10,865 bases of DNA from Candidatus Nanohaloarchaea archaeon (lineage in GTDB: Archaea > Nanohalarchaeota > Nanosalinia > Nanosalinales > Nanosalinaceae): contig JBEQAY010000031.1 of NCBI GenBank assembly GCA_041640075.1, positions 1 through 10,865 of the forward strand. Direction: 5' to 3'. The translations under genes and the position numbers were made by a program. The notes beneath the pieces were generated by a model. It saw only the letters and a program-made list of their open reading frames with translations. It did no database searches and was not told the origin of the DNA. Position 1 is the stretch's first letter; every line of letters begins with the position of its first letter. Positions 1 through 8,378 of this stretch are shown piece by piece.

Positions 1-2
1 TA

Positions 3-1790
3 GCCAAGGAAGACCAAGTTTCCGACGGAGATGAAATAGAGATAGTAACAGAGGACTCAGACGAATACATAGAGGTCCTCCGACACAGCGCCGCACATGT
101 CTTCGCACAGGCACTGAAAAGAATCTATGGAGATCAGGTCAAACTCACAATCGGTCCATGGACTGACGAAGGATTCTACTACGATATAGAAGGAGTAGAA
201 CTCGAACAGGAAGACTTCGAAGAAATAGAAGAAGAAATGGACAAGATCATCGAAGAAGATCTGGAAATCAAACGAGAAATGCTTGACCGAGAGGAAGCAG
301 AGGACTTCTTCGAAGACAACGAATACAAGAGACAGATCCTGGACGAGGAAGCTGGTGAAGGCGACACAGTCAGTTTCTACAAACAGGGAGAGTTCCAAGA
401 TCTCTGTAAAGGACCACATGTCTCCTCAACAGGAGAAATAGGAGGATTCAAACTACTGGAAATCGCCGGCGCCTACTGGAGAGGAGATGAAGAAAACGAG
501 ATGCTGACAAGAGTATACGGAACAGCATTCTCCTCAGAAGAAGAACTAGAAGACTTCATGGAAAGAAGAAGAGAAGCCGAAAAAAGAGACCACCGGAAGA
601 TCGGAAAACAGATGGACCTCTTCTCAGTACCAGAACACGCACCTGGAGCCCCACACTACCACAGAAACGGGATGATAATCCGCCGTGAACTAGAGGAATA
701 CATCCGTGAAAAGAACGCAGAGCTCGGCTACGAAGAGGTCTGGACACCTGAACTGAACAAAGCCGAACTCTGGAAGAAAACAGGTCACTACGAAGCATTC
801 AAGGAAGATGGCGAGATGTTCGCCTGGGAACAGGATGACATCGAGTACGGCTTAAAGCCTATGAACTGCGCGAACCACAGCCACATCTTCGACTCCGGAA
901 CACGCAGCTACAAAGACCTGCCAATCAAGCTATCTGAATTCGGAACAGTAAACAGGAACGAACAGAGCGGAGAGCTCTCAGGCCTACTCAGGGTCCGAGT
1001 CATGACTCAGGACGACGGACACGCATACCTGCGTAAAGATCAGATCGAAGGAGAGGTCAAGGCCCACCTTGAGAAGATCATCGAGATGTACGACGAGTTC
1101 GGCTTTGATGTGAACTTTATTATGGAGACAAAACCTGAGAAAGCTCAAGGACCGGACGAACTCTGGGAGGAAGCAGAGTCATCGCTTGAGAACGCTATGG
1201 ATGAAGTAGTCGGCGACTACGAAGTCAAGCCGGAGGAAGGAGCATTCTACGGACCGAAGATTGGAGTAGAGGTAGAAGACGCGATCGGACGAGAATGGCA
1301 GCTTGGAACAGTACAACTCGACTTCGTAATTCCACGAAACTACGGATTGAAGTACCAGGGAGAAGACAATGAGGAACATTACCCGGTCATGATCCACCGT
1401 GCGATCCTTGGATCGATCGAACGGTTCATGGGAGTGATGATCGAGCACTTCGCAGGAGACTTCCCAACATGGCTAGCACCGGAACAGGTCCGCATCCTGC
1501 CGGTCAGCGATGAAAACAGAAAATACGCTGAAAAGATCAAGGAAGAGCTAGGCGACTTCAGAGTTGAGATAGAAGACAGATCCTGGACTGTCGGAAAGAA
1601 AATACAGGCAGCTCACGACGATAATGTCCCGTACATGCTAATCCTCGGAGATGACGAGGAGGAAGCAGAGAACCTGTCAGTAAGAGATAGAGAGGAGCAT
1701 GAACGGGATGATGTCAGTATCGAAGAGTTCAGAAAAGCTTTGAGAGCAGAAGTCGAGGAGAAGAGCCTGGAGCCTAGTTTCCTCGACTAG
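3..1790 (+). CDS. thrS: Threonine--tRNA ligase, bacterial type (5' end outside the window)
   Basis: The frame is open from base 3 (AKEDQVSDGDEIEIVTEDSDEYIEVLRHSAAHVFAQALKR...), upstream of the ORF-track Met at 237. Editing-domain motifs are HSAAH, GFYYD and DLCKGPH, followed by GAYWRGD, RDHRKIG, Zn-ligand motifs KPMNC, QDDGH and IHRA, motif-2-like RNEQSGELSGLLRVR, GAFYGPK, and WLAPEQV at the start of the anticodon-binding domain. Stop TAG at 1788-1790. Confidence 0.98.
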   Translation, partial: AKEDQVSDGDEIEIVTEDSDEYIEVLRHSAAHVFAQALKRIYGDQVKLTIGPWTDEGFYYDIEGVELEQEDFEEIEEEMDKIIEEDLEIKREMLDREEAEDFFEDNEYKRQILDEEAGEGDTVSFYKQGEFQDLCKGPHVSSTGEIGGFKLLEIAGAYWRGDEENEMLTRVYGTAFSSEEELEDFMERRREAEKRDHRKIGKQMDLFSVPEHAPGAPHYHRNGMIIRRELEEYIREKNAELGYEEVWTPELNKAELWKKTGHYEAFKEDGEMFAWEQDDIEYGLKPMNCANHSHIFDSGTRSYKDLPIKLSEFGTVNRNEQSGELSGLLRVRVMTQDDGHAYLRKDQIEGEVKAHLEKIIEMYDEFGFDVNFIMETKPEKAQGPDELWEEAESSLENAMDEVVGDYEVKPEEGAFYGPKIGVEVEDAIGREWQLGTVQLDFVIPRNYGLKYQGEDNEEHYPVMIHRAILGSIERFMGVMIEHFAGDFPTWLAPEQVRILPVSDENRKYAEKIKEELGDFRVEIEDRSWTVGKKIQAAHDDNVPYMLILGDDEEEAENLSVRDREEHERDDVSIEEFRKALRAEVEEKSLEPSFLD

Positions 1791-1791
1791 G

Positions 1792-1811
1792 TTTCTCCTC
1801 TTTTTTATTTA
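1792..1811 (+). terminator. Putative archaeal oligo-T terminator of thrS, possibly overlapping the TATA element of the MFS gene
   Basis: Pyrimidine/T run TTTCTCCTCTTTTTTATTTA directly after the thrS stop. The TTTATTTA part ends about 25 nt upstream of the ATG at 1836. Confidence 0.5.
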
Positions 1812-1835
1812 CATCTTTCTTAATTTTAGATCATA

Positions 1836-3029
1836 ATGCTTGAAGGAGTAGATCTGAAGAGTCTTGAATCAAATATCTGGAAGCTCTATCTCTTCAAGAT
1901 ACTTTTCGGGTTCTTTATTTCCATCCCTGTAATCGTGCTTTTCTGGAAGGACAACGGTTTGTCTATGTTTCAGGTGATGCTTCTACAGTCGCTTTTCTCC
2001 GTGGCTGTGATCGCGCTTGAAGTACCTTCTGGTTACTTCGCGGACTTCTATGGACGGCGGAAAACTCTGATAACAGCCTCAATCTTTGCTACTCTAGGTA
2101 TAGCTGCGTACAGCATAGGCCAAGGATTCATGGTTTTCCTGGCCGCTGAAACTCTCTGGGCAGTAGGTGTATCTCTTGTCTCAGGTGCTGACTCCGCCAT
2201 GTTCTACGACACACTTGTAGAGTTGGGAGAAGAGGGCACCTACAAGCAGAAATGGGGTAAGGCCAGTTCACTGAACATGTTTTCCGCTGCAGGAGCAGCG
2301 ATTCTCGGAGGTTTCATAGCAGAATACAGTCTGAGATGGACACTTTTTGCCCAGGTACCTTTCATGGCAGCCATGATCCCTGTAGCATACAGCCTGAGAG
2401 AACCAGGACACCATGAGGAACTGGCTGAAAAGGAGACGCAGACACTCAAAGCGATAATGGGAAAAGTTTGGAAAGTAAAAAAACTGAGATACCTTGTCCT
2501 CTACGGAGCTTCTATCTACGCAGGGCTTCAGGTGGCATTCTGGATGTACCAGCCTTACTTCGAGCTTACTGGCCTTGAGATAGCTGCTTTTGGATGGGCT
2601 TATGCAGGCTTCAACCTGGTCTCCGCCGCATCATCAAAATACGGATACCTCATAGAAGAGAAGATAGGAAAGCTTTCATCACTGATAATGATGCCGTTAC
2701 TGCTTGTTGCCAGCCTTTTCCTGATAAGCAACGTTATAGCCGTTTTCAGCTTTGCCTTTATCTTCCTGCAGCAGTTTGTAAGAGGTTTTCAGAAACCTAT
2801 AATCTCAGATTACATCAACGAGATAATCTCATCGGAGAACCGATCCACAATACTTTCAACTAAAAGCCTGATAGGCCGGATCCTGCAGGCAGGCAGCCTC
2901 CCGATCTTCGGACTGATTATAGACGTTTACTCGGTCCCGCAAGCTCTTACAGTCCTTGGAATTACTGTAATCGCCGGGTCTTCCGTGCTTCTACTGCTAC
3001 TTTACTCTGTAGACGTGTTCGACATCTGA
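1836..3029 (+). CDS. Major facilitator superfamily transporter (YxaM-like); substrate unknown
   Basis: 397 aa with about 12 hydrophobic segments, MFS motif A (EVPSGYFADFYGRRKTL), SGADSAMFYD, and a C-terminal-half motif INEIISSENRSTILS. Confidence 0.93.
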   Translation: MLEGVDLKSLESNIWKLYLFKILFGFFISIPVIVLFWKDNGLSMFQVMLLQSLFSVAVIALEVPSGYFADFYGRRKTLITASIFATLGIAAYSIGQGFMVFLAAETLWAVGVSLVSGADSAMFYDTLVELGEEGTYKQKWGKASSLNMFSAAGAAILGGFIAEYSLRWTLFAQVPFMAAMIPVAYSLREPGHHEELAEKETQTLKAIMGKVWKVKKLRYLVLYGASIYAGLQVAFWMYQPYFELTGLEIAAFGWAYAGFNLVSAASSKYGYLIEEKIGKLSSLIMMPLLLVASLFLISNVIAVFSFAFIFLQQFVRGFQKPIISDYINEIISSENRSTILSTKSLIGRILQAGSLPIFGLIIDVYSVPQALTVLGITVIAGSSVLLLLLYSVDVFDI

Positions 3030-3045
3030 GATACTTGAGCAAACA

Positions 3046-3057
3046 GAACCGTTAAAT
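3046..3057 (+). promoter_or_regulatory. Putative BRE/TATA box of the aminopeptidase gene (probably leaderless)
   Basis: GAACCG-TTAAAT, with TTAAAT at 3052-3057 about 24 nt before the ATG at 3081. No Shine-Dalgarno sequence is visible. Confidence 0.5.
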
Positions 3058-3080
3058 CACTCAAGCATCAGTCTCTACCT

Positions 3081-4190
3081 ATGGTCGACGAAAAAATACA
3101 GGAATTTGCAAGCGTCCTGGTAGAGCACTCAACAGAGATTGAAGAAGGCGACAACGTCTACCTGCTAGCCAAGTCACTTGATTCACTGCCTCTTTTCGAG
3201 GAAGTAAGGCGCCAGATTATCAAAAAAGGGGCTTTCCCACATGAACACCTTTTCTACGATTCCCAGGTAGGCAGTGAGGGAATGGACTACGACTGGATGA
3301 AGTACGCGTCAAATAAACAGCTTGAAAATGTTTCAGAGGCAAAGAAAAAAGAAATGCAGGAAATGGATGCATACATACGTATAGGAGGTGCAGGCAACAC
3401 TCAAGAGCTTGCAGGAATCGATCCAGAGAAAATAGGGTTACGTAAGAACTCTACACGCGAGATTTTCTACGAACGGGACGAAAAGCGCTGGGTTACAACA
3501 CGATGGCCGACAGACGGCCTGGCACAGTCCTCAGGAATGTCCACACATGAACTCAGAGAGTATATTTTTGATGCAGTTACAGGCGTAGAATACAGTAAGA
3601 TTAAGGAGAGAAACAGAAAAATCAAACAAAAACTTGACGGAGCAAGTAACATAAGAATCACTTCAAACGGAACCGACCTCAAAATGAGTTTGGAGAGGAG
3701 GAAAGGTGTCAACTGCCATGGTAAAAGGAATATTCCTGACGGAGAAGTTTTCTATGCTCCACGCAAAGAAACGGTTGAAGGTGAGATAAGCTTTGAATTC
3801 CCGGGTGTGGAGGGAGGGAACAGAGTCAGAGATATATGGTTGAAATTTGAGGACGGCAAGGTAGTAGAGTTTTCAGCTGGTTCTAACGAGGACTTTCTGG
3901 AGAAAATGCTGGAGACAGACAAAGGATCGAAATATGTAGGTGAAATTGGCATAGGCACGAATCCACAGATGAATAGTTTTATCGGAAACGCACTTCTTGA
4001 TGAAAAAATTCACGGTACAGTTCACATTGCACTCGGTAGAGCCTACAGTAGAAGTATGCCTGGGGACATGGATGGAAATGATTCCGGTATCCACTGGGAC
4101 CTAGTTGAAGATCTTAGAAACGGAGGAAAACTTCAAGTAGATGGAGAAACCGTACAGAAAAATGGAGAATGGGTGTTTGACTCTAAATAA
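3081..4190 (+). CDS. Aminopeptidase, family M29 (thermophilic metalloprotease, AmpS/AmpT/PepS-like)
   Basis: 369 aa with M29 signature motifs NIPDGEVF, GEIGIG, LLDEKIHGTVHIALGRAY and NDSGIHWD, which carry the Glu/His/Asp metal ligands and the conserved Tyr. Confidence 0.95.
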   Translation: MVDEKIQEFASVLVEHSTEIEEGDNVYLLAKSLDSLPLFEEVRRQIIKKGAFPHEHLFYDSQVGSEGMDYDWMKYASNKQLENVSEAKKKEMQEMDAYIRIGGAGNTQELAGIDPEKIGLRKNSTREIFYERDEKRWVTTRWPTDGLAQSSGMSTHELREYIFDAVTGVEYSKIKERNRKIKQKLDGASNIRITSNGTDLKMSLERRKGVNCHGKRNIPDGEVFYAPRKETVEGEISFEFPGVEGGNRVRDIWLKFEDGKVVEFSAGSNEDFLEKMLETDKGSKYVGEIGIGTNPQMNSFIGNALLDEKIHGTVHIALGRAYSRSMPGDMDGNDSGIHWDLVEDLRNGGKLQVDGETVQKNGEWVFDSK

Positions 4191-4219
4191 AACTCAAAAG
4201 CTGTGCACTTAGTTTTAAT

Positions 4220-7114
4220 CTATTCCAGGCCGTTGATTTTTCTGTGCATTTCCAGTGCCTCTTTAGTATCAAACGTCTCTCCAGTCTCTTCACATACATA
4301 TTTGCCGTCTTCATCCTGTGTATCACCATCAGGCTCATCTTCACTTTCAGCATCCTCACTCTCTTCATTTGAGCCTTCAGCTCCCGTTTCCTCATCACTT
4401 TCCTCCTTTACATCTGTGTCTCTTTGGGACGAGTCGCTTTCTTCCTCTTTATTCTCTACAGGCGCGGGAGAACCTGTATCCGGTTCATGTTTCTGGCCGC
4501 GAGAATTACTGTAAGGTTGTCTGTATCCAGATCTTCTGTCCCTTCCATCATCTCCATCATTCTTCTTGATGGCAGCAGCAAGGATCATGCTGAAGATCAT
4601 TATAAGGCCTAATGCGATATTAAGAGAGCTCTGGCTTTGAAGGAACGCACCTGTAGGGGCAATCACTTCCTCCTGTACACTTCCAGTCAGTGAAGTCGAG
4701 TTATCAGAAGACTCATTAACATCCTCAGTCTCATTCTCGGTATCTTCAACACGAGAGTCTTCCTCTCTCTGTCCTACAAGGTTCGTAAATACTGAGGTGG
4801 ACGCTCTCTGTTCTTCCCCCTCAGCCATACCTGAAACCTGAATATTGAAACTTGGGGGATCTCCACATGGATACGGACAGAATCCTTCAGGTAAATTGAC
4901 GTCATAAACAATCTCCTGAACCTCGCCTTCACCTAGAGAGGTGGGTACAGCATCCAATTCATAGAATCTCTGCTCGAGACCCTCAAGAGAAACTTCAACC
5001 TCCTCTACAGGAACCTGGCCTGTATTCCGTAAATCGAAGGATACCTGGCTCTCTTCACCAGGTACTATATCCACTCTCTCCGAACTCTCTATCTCCATAC
5101 CTGTCTCGTAGAATACCTCAATACCTGAGTCACTCACAGTTTCAAATGATTTATACGGATCCTTTCTCAGCTCGACACCTAACCTGTAGTCTCCGGGACG
5201 GGAAGGGACTGTACCCGAAACCGTGAAAGAGCCGTCAGAGCCACTTTCAACCGAGTAAATATCTACTACCTCAGAATCATTCAGAAGTTCCACGGTAACA
5301 TTGGCTCCTTCAACAGGATTACCCTGTGAACTGATGACCGTGCCTGAAACTTCTAAATCGCCTCCAGAGACTATGCTCCCTGAGCTCAGGCTTAGAGGAC
5401 TTTCCTCGCCCTCAAGCCCAAGTTGAGCGTTTGTACCTACCAGGTAGGAGTTCATAAGAATATCTTTCTCTTCACCCACATCTTCAGAAATCTGATGTAG
5501 ATCAAGATTGCCTATGTTCACCCGCCAGTTAGCATAATTAATCGAGACATCATTGCCGGAAACCTGCTCCCAGTCACCAAGACATTTCCTACCCAAGAAA
5601 TTCCAGCTACTACACTCGAAAACCTTCAAATCCTCGGGATTTATATTCGCAGGATTAAACGCCATCGATGTCTTAGCACTCCCGATATTATACCCAAACT
5701 TTACAGCCATCATATTAACAGGATTGATACCAGAAACATCAACCGGTGCATTCTCCCAATACTCGAACTTCACAGCCTCACTGCCACCCACAGAAGACTC
5801 CTCACCCAGATCCACACCATCCAAATTAAAAGTCGCATCAGAAGCAGACTGACCTCTATCGAAGAATTTCAGATTCACTGTACTGTATTTATCTCCCTCA
5901 GCGCTTATCTCCTTGGAGTATAAGCCATCACTTCCCGCATCCACAGGAATTGTCCTTTCGTTATTCCTGAGAGTCATGCGAGTCTTCACACCAGACCCTG
6001 TAGAATCTCTTACCTGTCCAGAGAACTGCCTGGTCTTAACAACTCTCACCGAGTCTACAGGAACTGCTCCTATATCCTCTTTTCTGATCTCGAACAAAAA
6101 CCTGTATTTCCCAGTCTCCAAATCCGGTACATTATTTAGGCTCAGAAGATACTCTGCATCACTACTCTCGCCTGTAGATACCCAGTCCTTCTCCTCATAC
6201 ACTTTGTTGCCTTCCAAATCCTGGACAGAAACGACAAAATCTTCCTCAGAAAGATCCTCAGTATAGGATGGGGCACTATCAATATTCAGCTCGTACTGGA
6301 GAGTCCCAAGATTTTCATAACGGATCTTTCTGCCAGGATCACCTCTTATAATCTCAGGTCTCCAAGGATAAACTCTAACAGGAACCTTGAATGACTCAAT
6401 CAAAGCACCTGGACCAGAACCATATTCATACTCTATATCAAGATTTCTTATATTCCTATCACTATTATCCGAAGTAGGTGGAACATATCCCTCAGTTGTC
6501 TCCATCTCAAGAGAATCTGAACTGGAACTATAGGAGATGGAGTTTGTAAGAACATTATCCGGGGAATCAGTGAACTCTAGCCGTTCAGAATCGAATTCCT
6601 GGGTTGCCCCGTAAAGTTCAATGTCAAAGCCTGTAACCGGTTTCGTAAACTCATTTCTTCCCTCCCAACCAACTATCTCTCCGAAGTAACCCATTCCGTA
6701 CTGACCGCTGTACTCCCCTTCGTAAGTCTCAGAAACCTCAGGAACTCTGAGATGGTTTAAATTAACATCCTTCGCTATCGGCTCTCCACCCTCCTTCATC
6801 TTCACATTGAGGAAATAGTCGTAAGAACCTAGATCTCTCTCGTCAAGTTCACTAAGCACTTGGTTAAAATCATTACCTGTGAGATATTCTTTATCAAAAA
6901 CTTCTTCATTGAAGGAAATATTGTTCCCATTACTCACATTAAGCCAGACTTCTTCCACTGACCCATTCATGGAAGTAAAGTTTACCTCTGTCTGTGATCC
7001 AGTCACCCAAACCTCTCCACCATCATTGAACTGCAACTCCGCTGCTGCAGGCGCTGTTAGAAGCGCGGCGCAGGCGAACAAAATGACGTAGAATTTCTTT
7101 GAGATGGATAGCAT
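4220..7114 (-). CDS. Large single-pass cell-surface protein with multiple Ig-like domains, an acidic cytoplasmic tail and a degenerate C2H2-like C-terminus
   Basis: 964 aa. Sec signal peptide (MLSISKKFYVILFACAALLTAPAAA), beta-rich ectodomain, two carboxypeptidase-regulatory-like segments (FSGQVRDSTGSGV; SGTVISSQGNPVEGANVTV), a CARDB/NEW3-like segment (PGEESQVSFDLRNTG), TM helix NIALGLIMIFSMILAAAI followed by KK, then a 115-aa tail. Confidence 0.85.
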   Translation of the reverse strand: MLSISKKFYVILFACAALLTAPAAAELQFNDGGEVWVTGSQTEVNFTSMNGSVEEVWLNVSNGNNISFNEEVFDKEYLTGNDFNQVLSELDERDLGSYDYFLNVKMKEGGEPIAKDVNLNHLRVPEVSETYEGEYSGQYGMGYFGEIVGWEGRNEFTKPVTGFDIELYGATQEFDSERLEFTDSPDNVLTNSISYSSSSDSLEMETTEGYVPPTSDNSDRNIRNLDIEYEYGSGPGALIESFKVPVRVYPWRPEIIRGDPGRKIRYENLGTLQYELNIDSAPSYTEDLSEEDFVVSVQDLEGNKVYEEKDWVSTGESSDAEYLLSLNNVPDLETGKYRFLFEIRKEDIGAVPVDSVRVVKTRQFSGQVRDSTGSGVKTRMTLRNNERTIPVDAGSDGLYSKEISAEGDKYSTVNLKFFDRGQSASDATFNLDGVDLGEESSVGGSEAVKFEYWENAPVDVSGINPVNMMAVKFGYNIGSAKTSMAFNPANINPEDLKVFECSSWNFLGRKCLGDWEQVSGNDVSINYANWRVNIGNLDLHQISEDVGEEKDILMNSYLVGTNAQLGLEGEESPLSLSSGSIVSGGDLEVSGTVISSQGNPVEGANVTVELLNDSEVVDIYSVESGSDGSFTVSGTVPSRPGDYRLGVELRKDPYKSFETVSDSGIEVFYETGMEIESSERVDIVPGEESQVSFDLRNTGQVPVEEVEVSLEGLEQRFYELDAVPTSLGEGEVQEIVYDVNLPEGFCPYPCGDPPSFNIQVSGMAEGEEQRASTSVFTNLVGQREEDSRVEDTENETEDVNESSDNSTSLTGSVQEEVIAPTGAFLQSQSSLNIALGLIMIFSMILAAAIKKNDGDDGRDRRSGYRQPYSNSRGQKHEPDTGSPAPVENKEEESDSSQRDTDVKEESDEETGAEGSNEESEDAESEDEPDGDTQDEDGKYVCEETGETFDTKEALEMHRKINGLE

Positions 7115-7140
7115 CTATGATCTGTTGCGTGCTGAACTGG

Positions 7141-7154
7141 TTTAAAACTTTATT
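7141..7154 (-). promoter_or_regulatory. Putative BRE/TATA box of the 964-aa gene
   Basis: The minus strand reads AATAAAG-TTTTAAA, ending 26 nt upstream of the ATG at 7114. Confidence 0.5.
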
Positions 7155-7929
7155 TTATCCGGGTTCTGAAAAGGAGGGCTACAAGAGCAATGTTTACAAG
7201 CAGTGAAGTGGCTAGCAGCAGGATGTCCAGTTTCTGTCTAATTTCATTGAGTAAAGATGTCTGTGGCTCGAGCTCTACAGTAGTTCTACCTACGACATTT
7301 TCATTTGATTTATTGAGGACAGCAAACTCTATTTCCTCTTCTGAACGAAAAAGGGTGGGCTCATAATCGATATTGGCCTCACTTTCGTTTATGTCAGCCG
7401 ATGAAACTTTCCAGTAAGGAGGTGTATCCAGTGGAACTAGGACACCACGGCTCACAGAGAAAGTTGCCTTAGCTCCGGTATCCGTAGCCTCTGTAGTTCT
7501 GGAGTCAATTGTGCCGTTAACCTGCTCTGACTTAGTATTCTGGAAGGTGAATTCTTCAAGATTCTCCTCCTGTCCACAGTACTGAAGGTGGATTTGAACC
7601 GGTATCTGTCCTGTTGCATTACCTGAGATAAATCTTAACTTCATAGCTGCTGTCTCTCCAGGCCAGAGCTCGTATCCTCTGGAGTAGTGGGTTATATCAG
7701 TGGTGTTTCTTTGTATATCAGCTCTCAACCTGTATGTACAACCTACAGACCCTGTATTGGTTACAGATGAGGATACAACCTGAAGAGTGTCCGTGGTGTT
7801 TCTGTAATTCAGATCAAAAGACGAATGATTCAGCGAGGCATCCACATCTACCTTGTAAAGAAGAGAGGATGCTCCAGATACAAGTAATATACAGGCAATC
7901 AGTAGAAGTACGATTTTACGTTTATCCAT
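7150..7929 (-). CDS. Hypothetical membrane-anchored surface protein with an Ig-like domain
   Basis: 259 aa. Signal peptide (MDKRKIVLLLIACILLVSGASS), VTNTG...LWPGE Ig-like motif, two Cys in the mature part, many N-x-S/T sequons, and a C-terminal TM helix followed by RTRIK. Overlaps the upstream gene by 31 nt, with AGGT 6 nt before the ATG. Confidence 0.85.
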   Translation of the reverse strand: MDKRKIVLLLIACILLVSGASSLLYKVDVDASLNHSSFDLNYRNTTDTLQVVSSSVTNTGSVGCTYRLRADIQRNTTDITHYSRGYELWPGETAAMKLRFISGNATGQIPVQIHLQYCGQEENLEEFTFQNTKSEQVNGTIDSRTTEATDTGAKATFSVSRGVLVPLDTPPYWKVSSADINESEANIDYEPTLFRSEEEIEFAVLNKSNENVVGRTTVELEPQTSLLNEIRQKLDILLLATSLLVNIALVALLFRTRIK

Positions 7930-8378
7930 TTTTTACCTATCAGGTTGTTAGCGGACTGGATTTTTATCTCTACCTCACCGGCATAGTATCCTGGTTCATC
8001 TGCTATAGCCACTATTTCAAATCTCTCTGAACCCTTCATCACGAAAGAGGAATCATAATCCAGGTAGGATGAGATGTTTCCTCTGGTCTCGACATCAACC
8101 AGGCCTGTAGATGTTGATTCAAGTACCAGTCTTTTGGTCGCATTCGAGCCTTCAGGCAGTACTCCAAACTTCAGGGAGTTATCAGCATTCACTCCTAGGT
8201 ACATATCCGTGGAGTTGTTCATGTCTGCCGTCACGTTCAGACTTGCAGGACGTGTGGAGACTGCTGTATCCGTCATTAACATCTCAAGACCTATAGGAAT
8301 AGCTACTGCCAGGGCGACAGCAACAATCAATATCAGTTGTCTGCGACCTATCTTTTCCCTTAACTTCTCAGGTGACAT
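7899..8378 (-). CDS. Hypothetical small protein with an N-terminal TM/signal segment and one Ig-like domain (candidate minor or anchor subunit)
   Basis: 159 aa. Basic N-terminus, then hydrophobic LILIVAVALAVAIPIGL, motifs LKFGVLPEG and EPGYYAGEVEI, and several sequons. Overlaps both neighbours (11 nt and 31 nt). GGAGGT lies 13 nt upstream of the ATG. Confidence 0.82.
   Translation of the reverse strand: MSPEKLREKIGRRQLILIVAVALAVAIPIGLEMLMTDTAVSTRPASLNVTADMNNSTDMYLGVNADNSLKFGVLPEGSNATKRLVLESTSTGLVDVETRGNISSYLDYDSSFVMKGSERFEIVAIADEPGYYAGEVEIKIQSANNLIGKKWINVKSYFY

Noticed and set aside
237..239. ORF-track start for ThrRS
   Set aside because: The frame is open from base 3 and includes the conserved HSAAH motif, so the true start lies upstream of the window.
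57..1448. Minus-strand ORFs over thrS (57-419, 179-367, 556-798, 1179-1448)
   Set aside because: They are antisense shadows of a conserved gene. Their Phe/Ser/Leu richness mirrors the GAA/GAG codons of thrS.
4191..4219. Hairpin terminator between the convergent genes
   Set aside because: Only a 6-bp palindrome (GTGCAC) and short A/T runs are present, with no convincing stem.
2240..4398. Short alternative-frame and antisense ORFs within the MFS, aminopeptidase and 964-aa genes
   Set aside because: They overlap well-supported genes almost entirely and have no recognisable motifs.
4304..4460. Repeat-like TC-rich stretch
   Set aside because: It is low-complexity coding sequence for the acidic tail, with no regular repeat unit and no CRISPR-like periodicity.
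4220..7114. 964-aa protein as a haloarchaeal-type S-layer glycoprotein
   Set aside because: It has no PGF-CTERM or Thr-rich linker, and it has a long cytoplasmic tail. A divergent S-layer role is not excluded.
8330..8378. Tat motif (GRRQLI) or class III prepilin signal in the 159-aa protein
   Set aside because: The match to S/T-R-R-x-F-L-K is weak, and charged residues follow the Gly, unlike prepilins. It is more simply a positive-inside patch before a TM helix.
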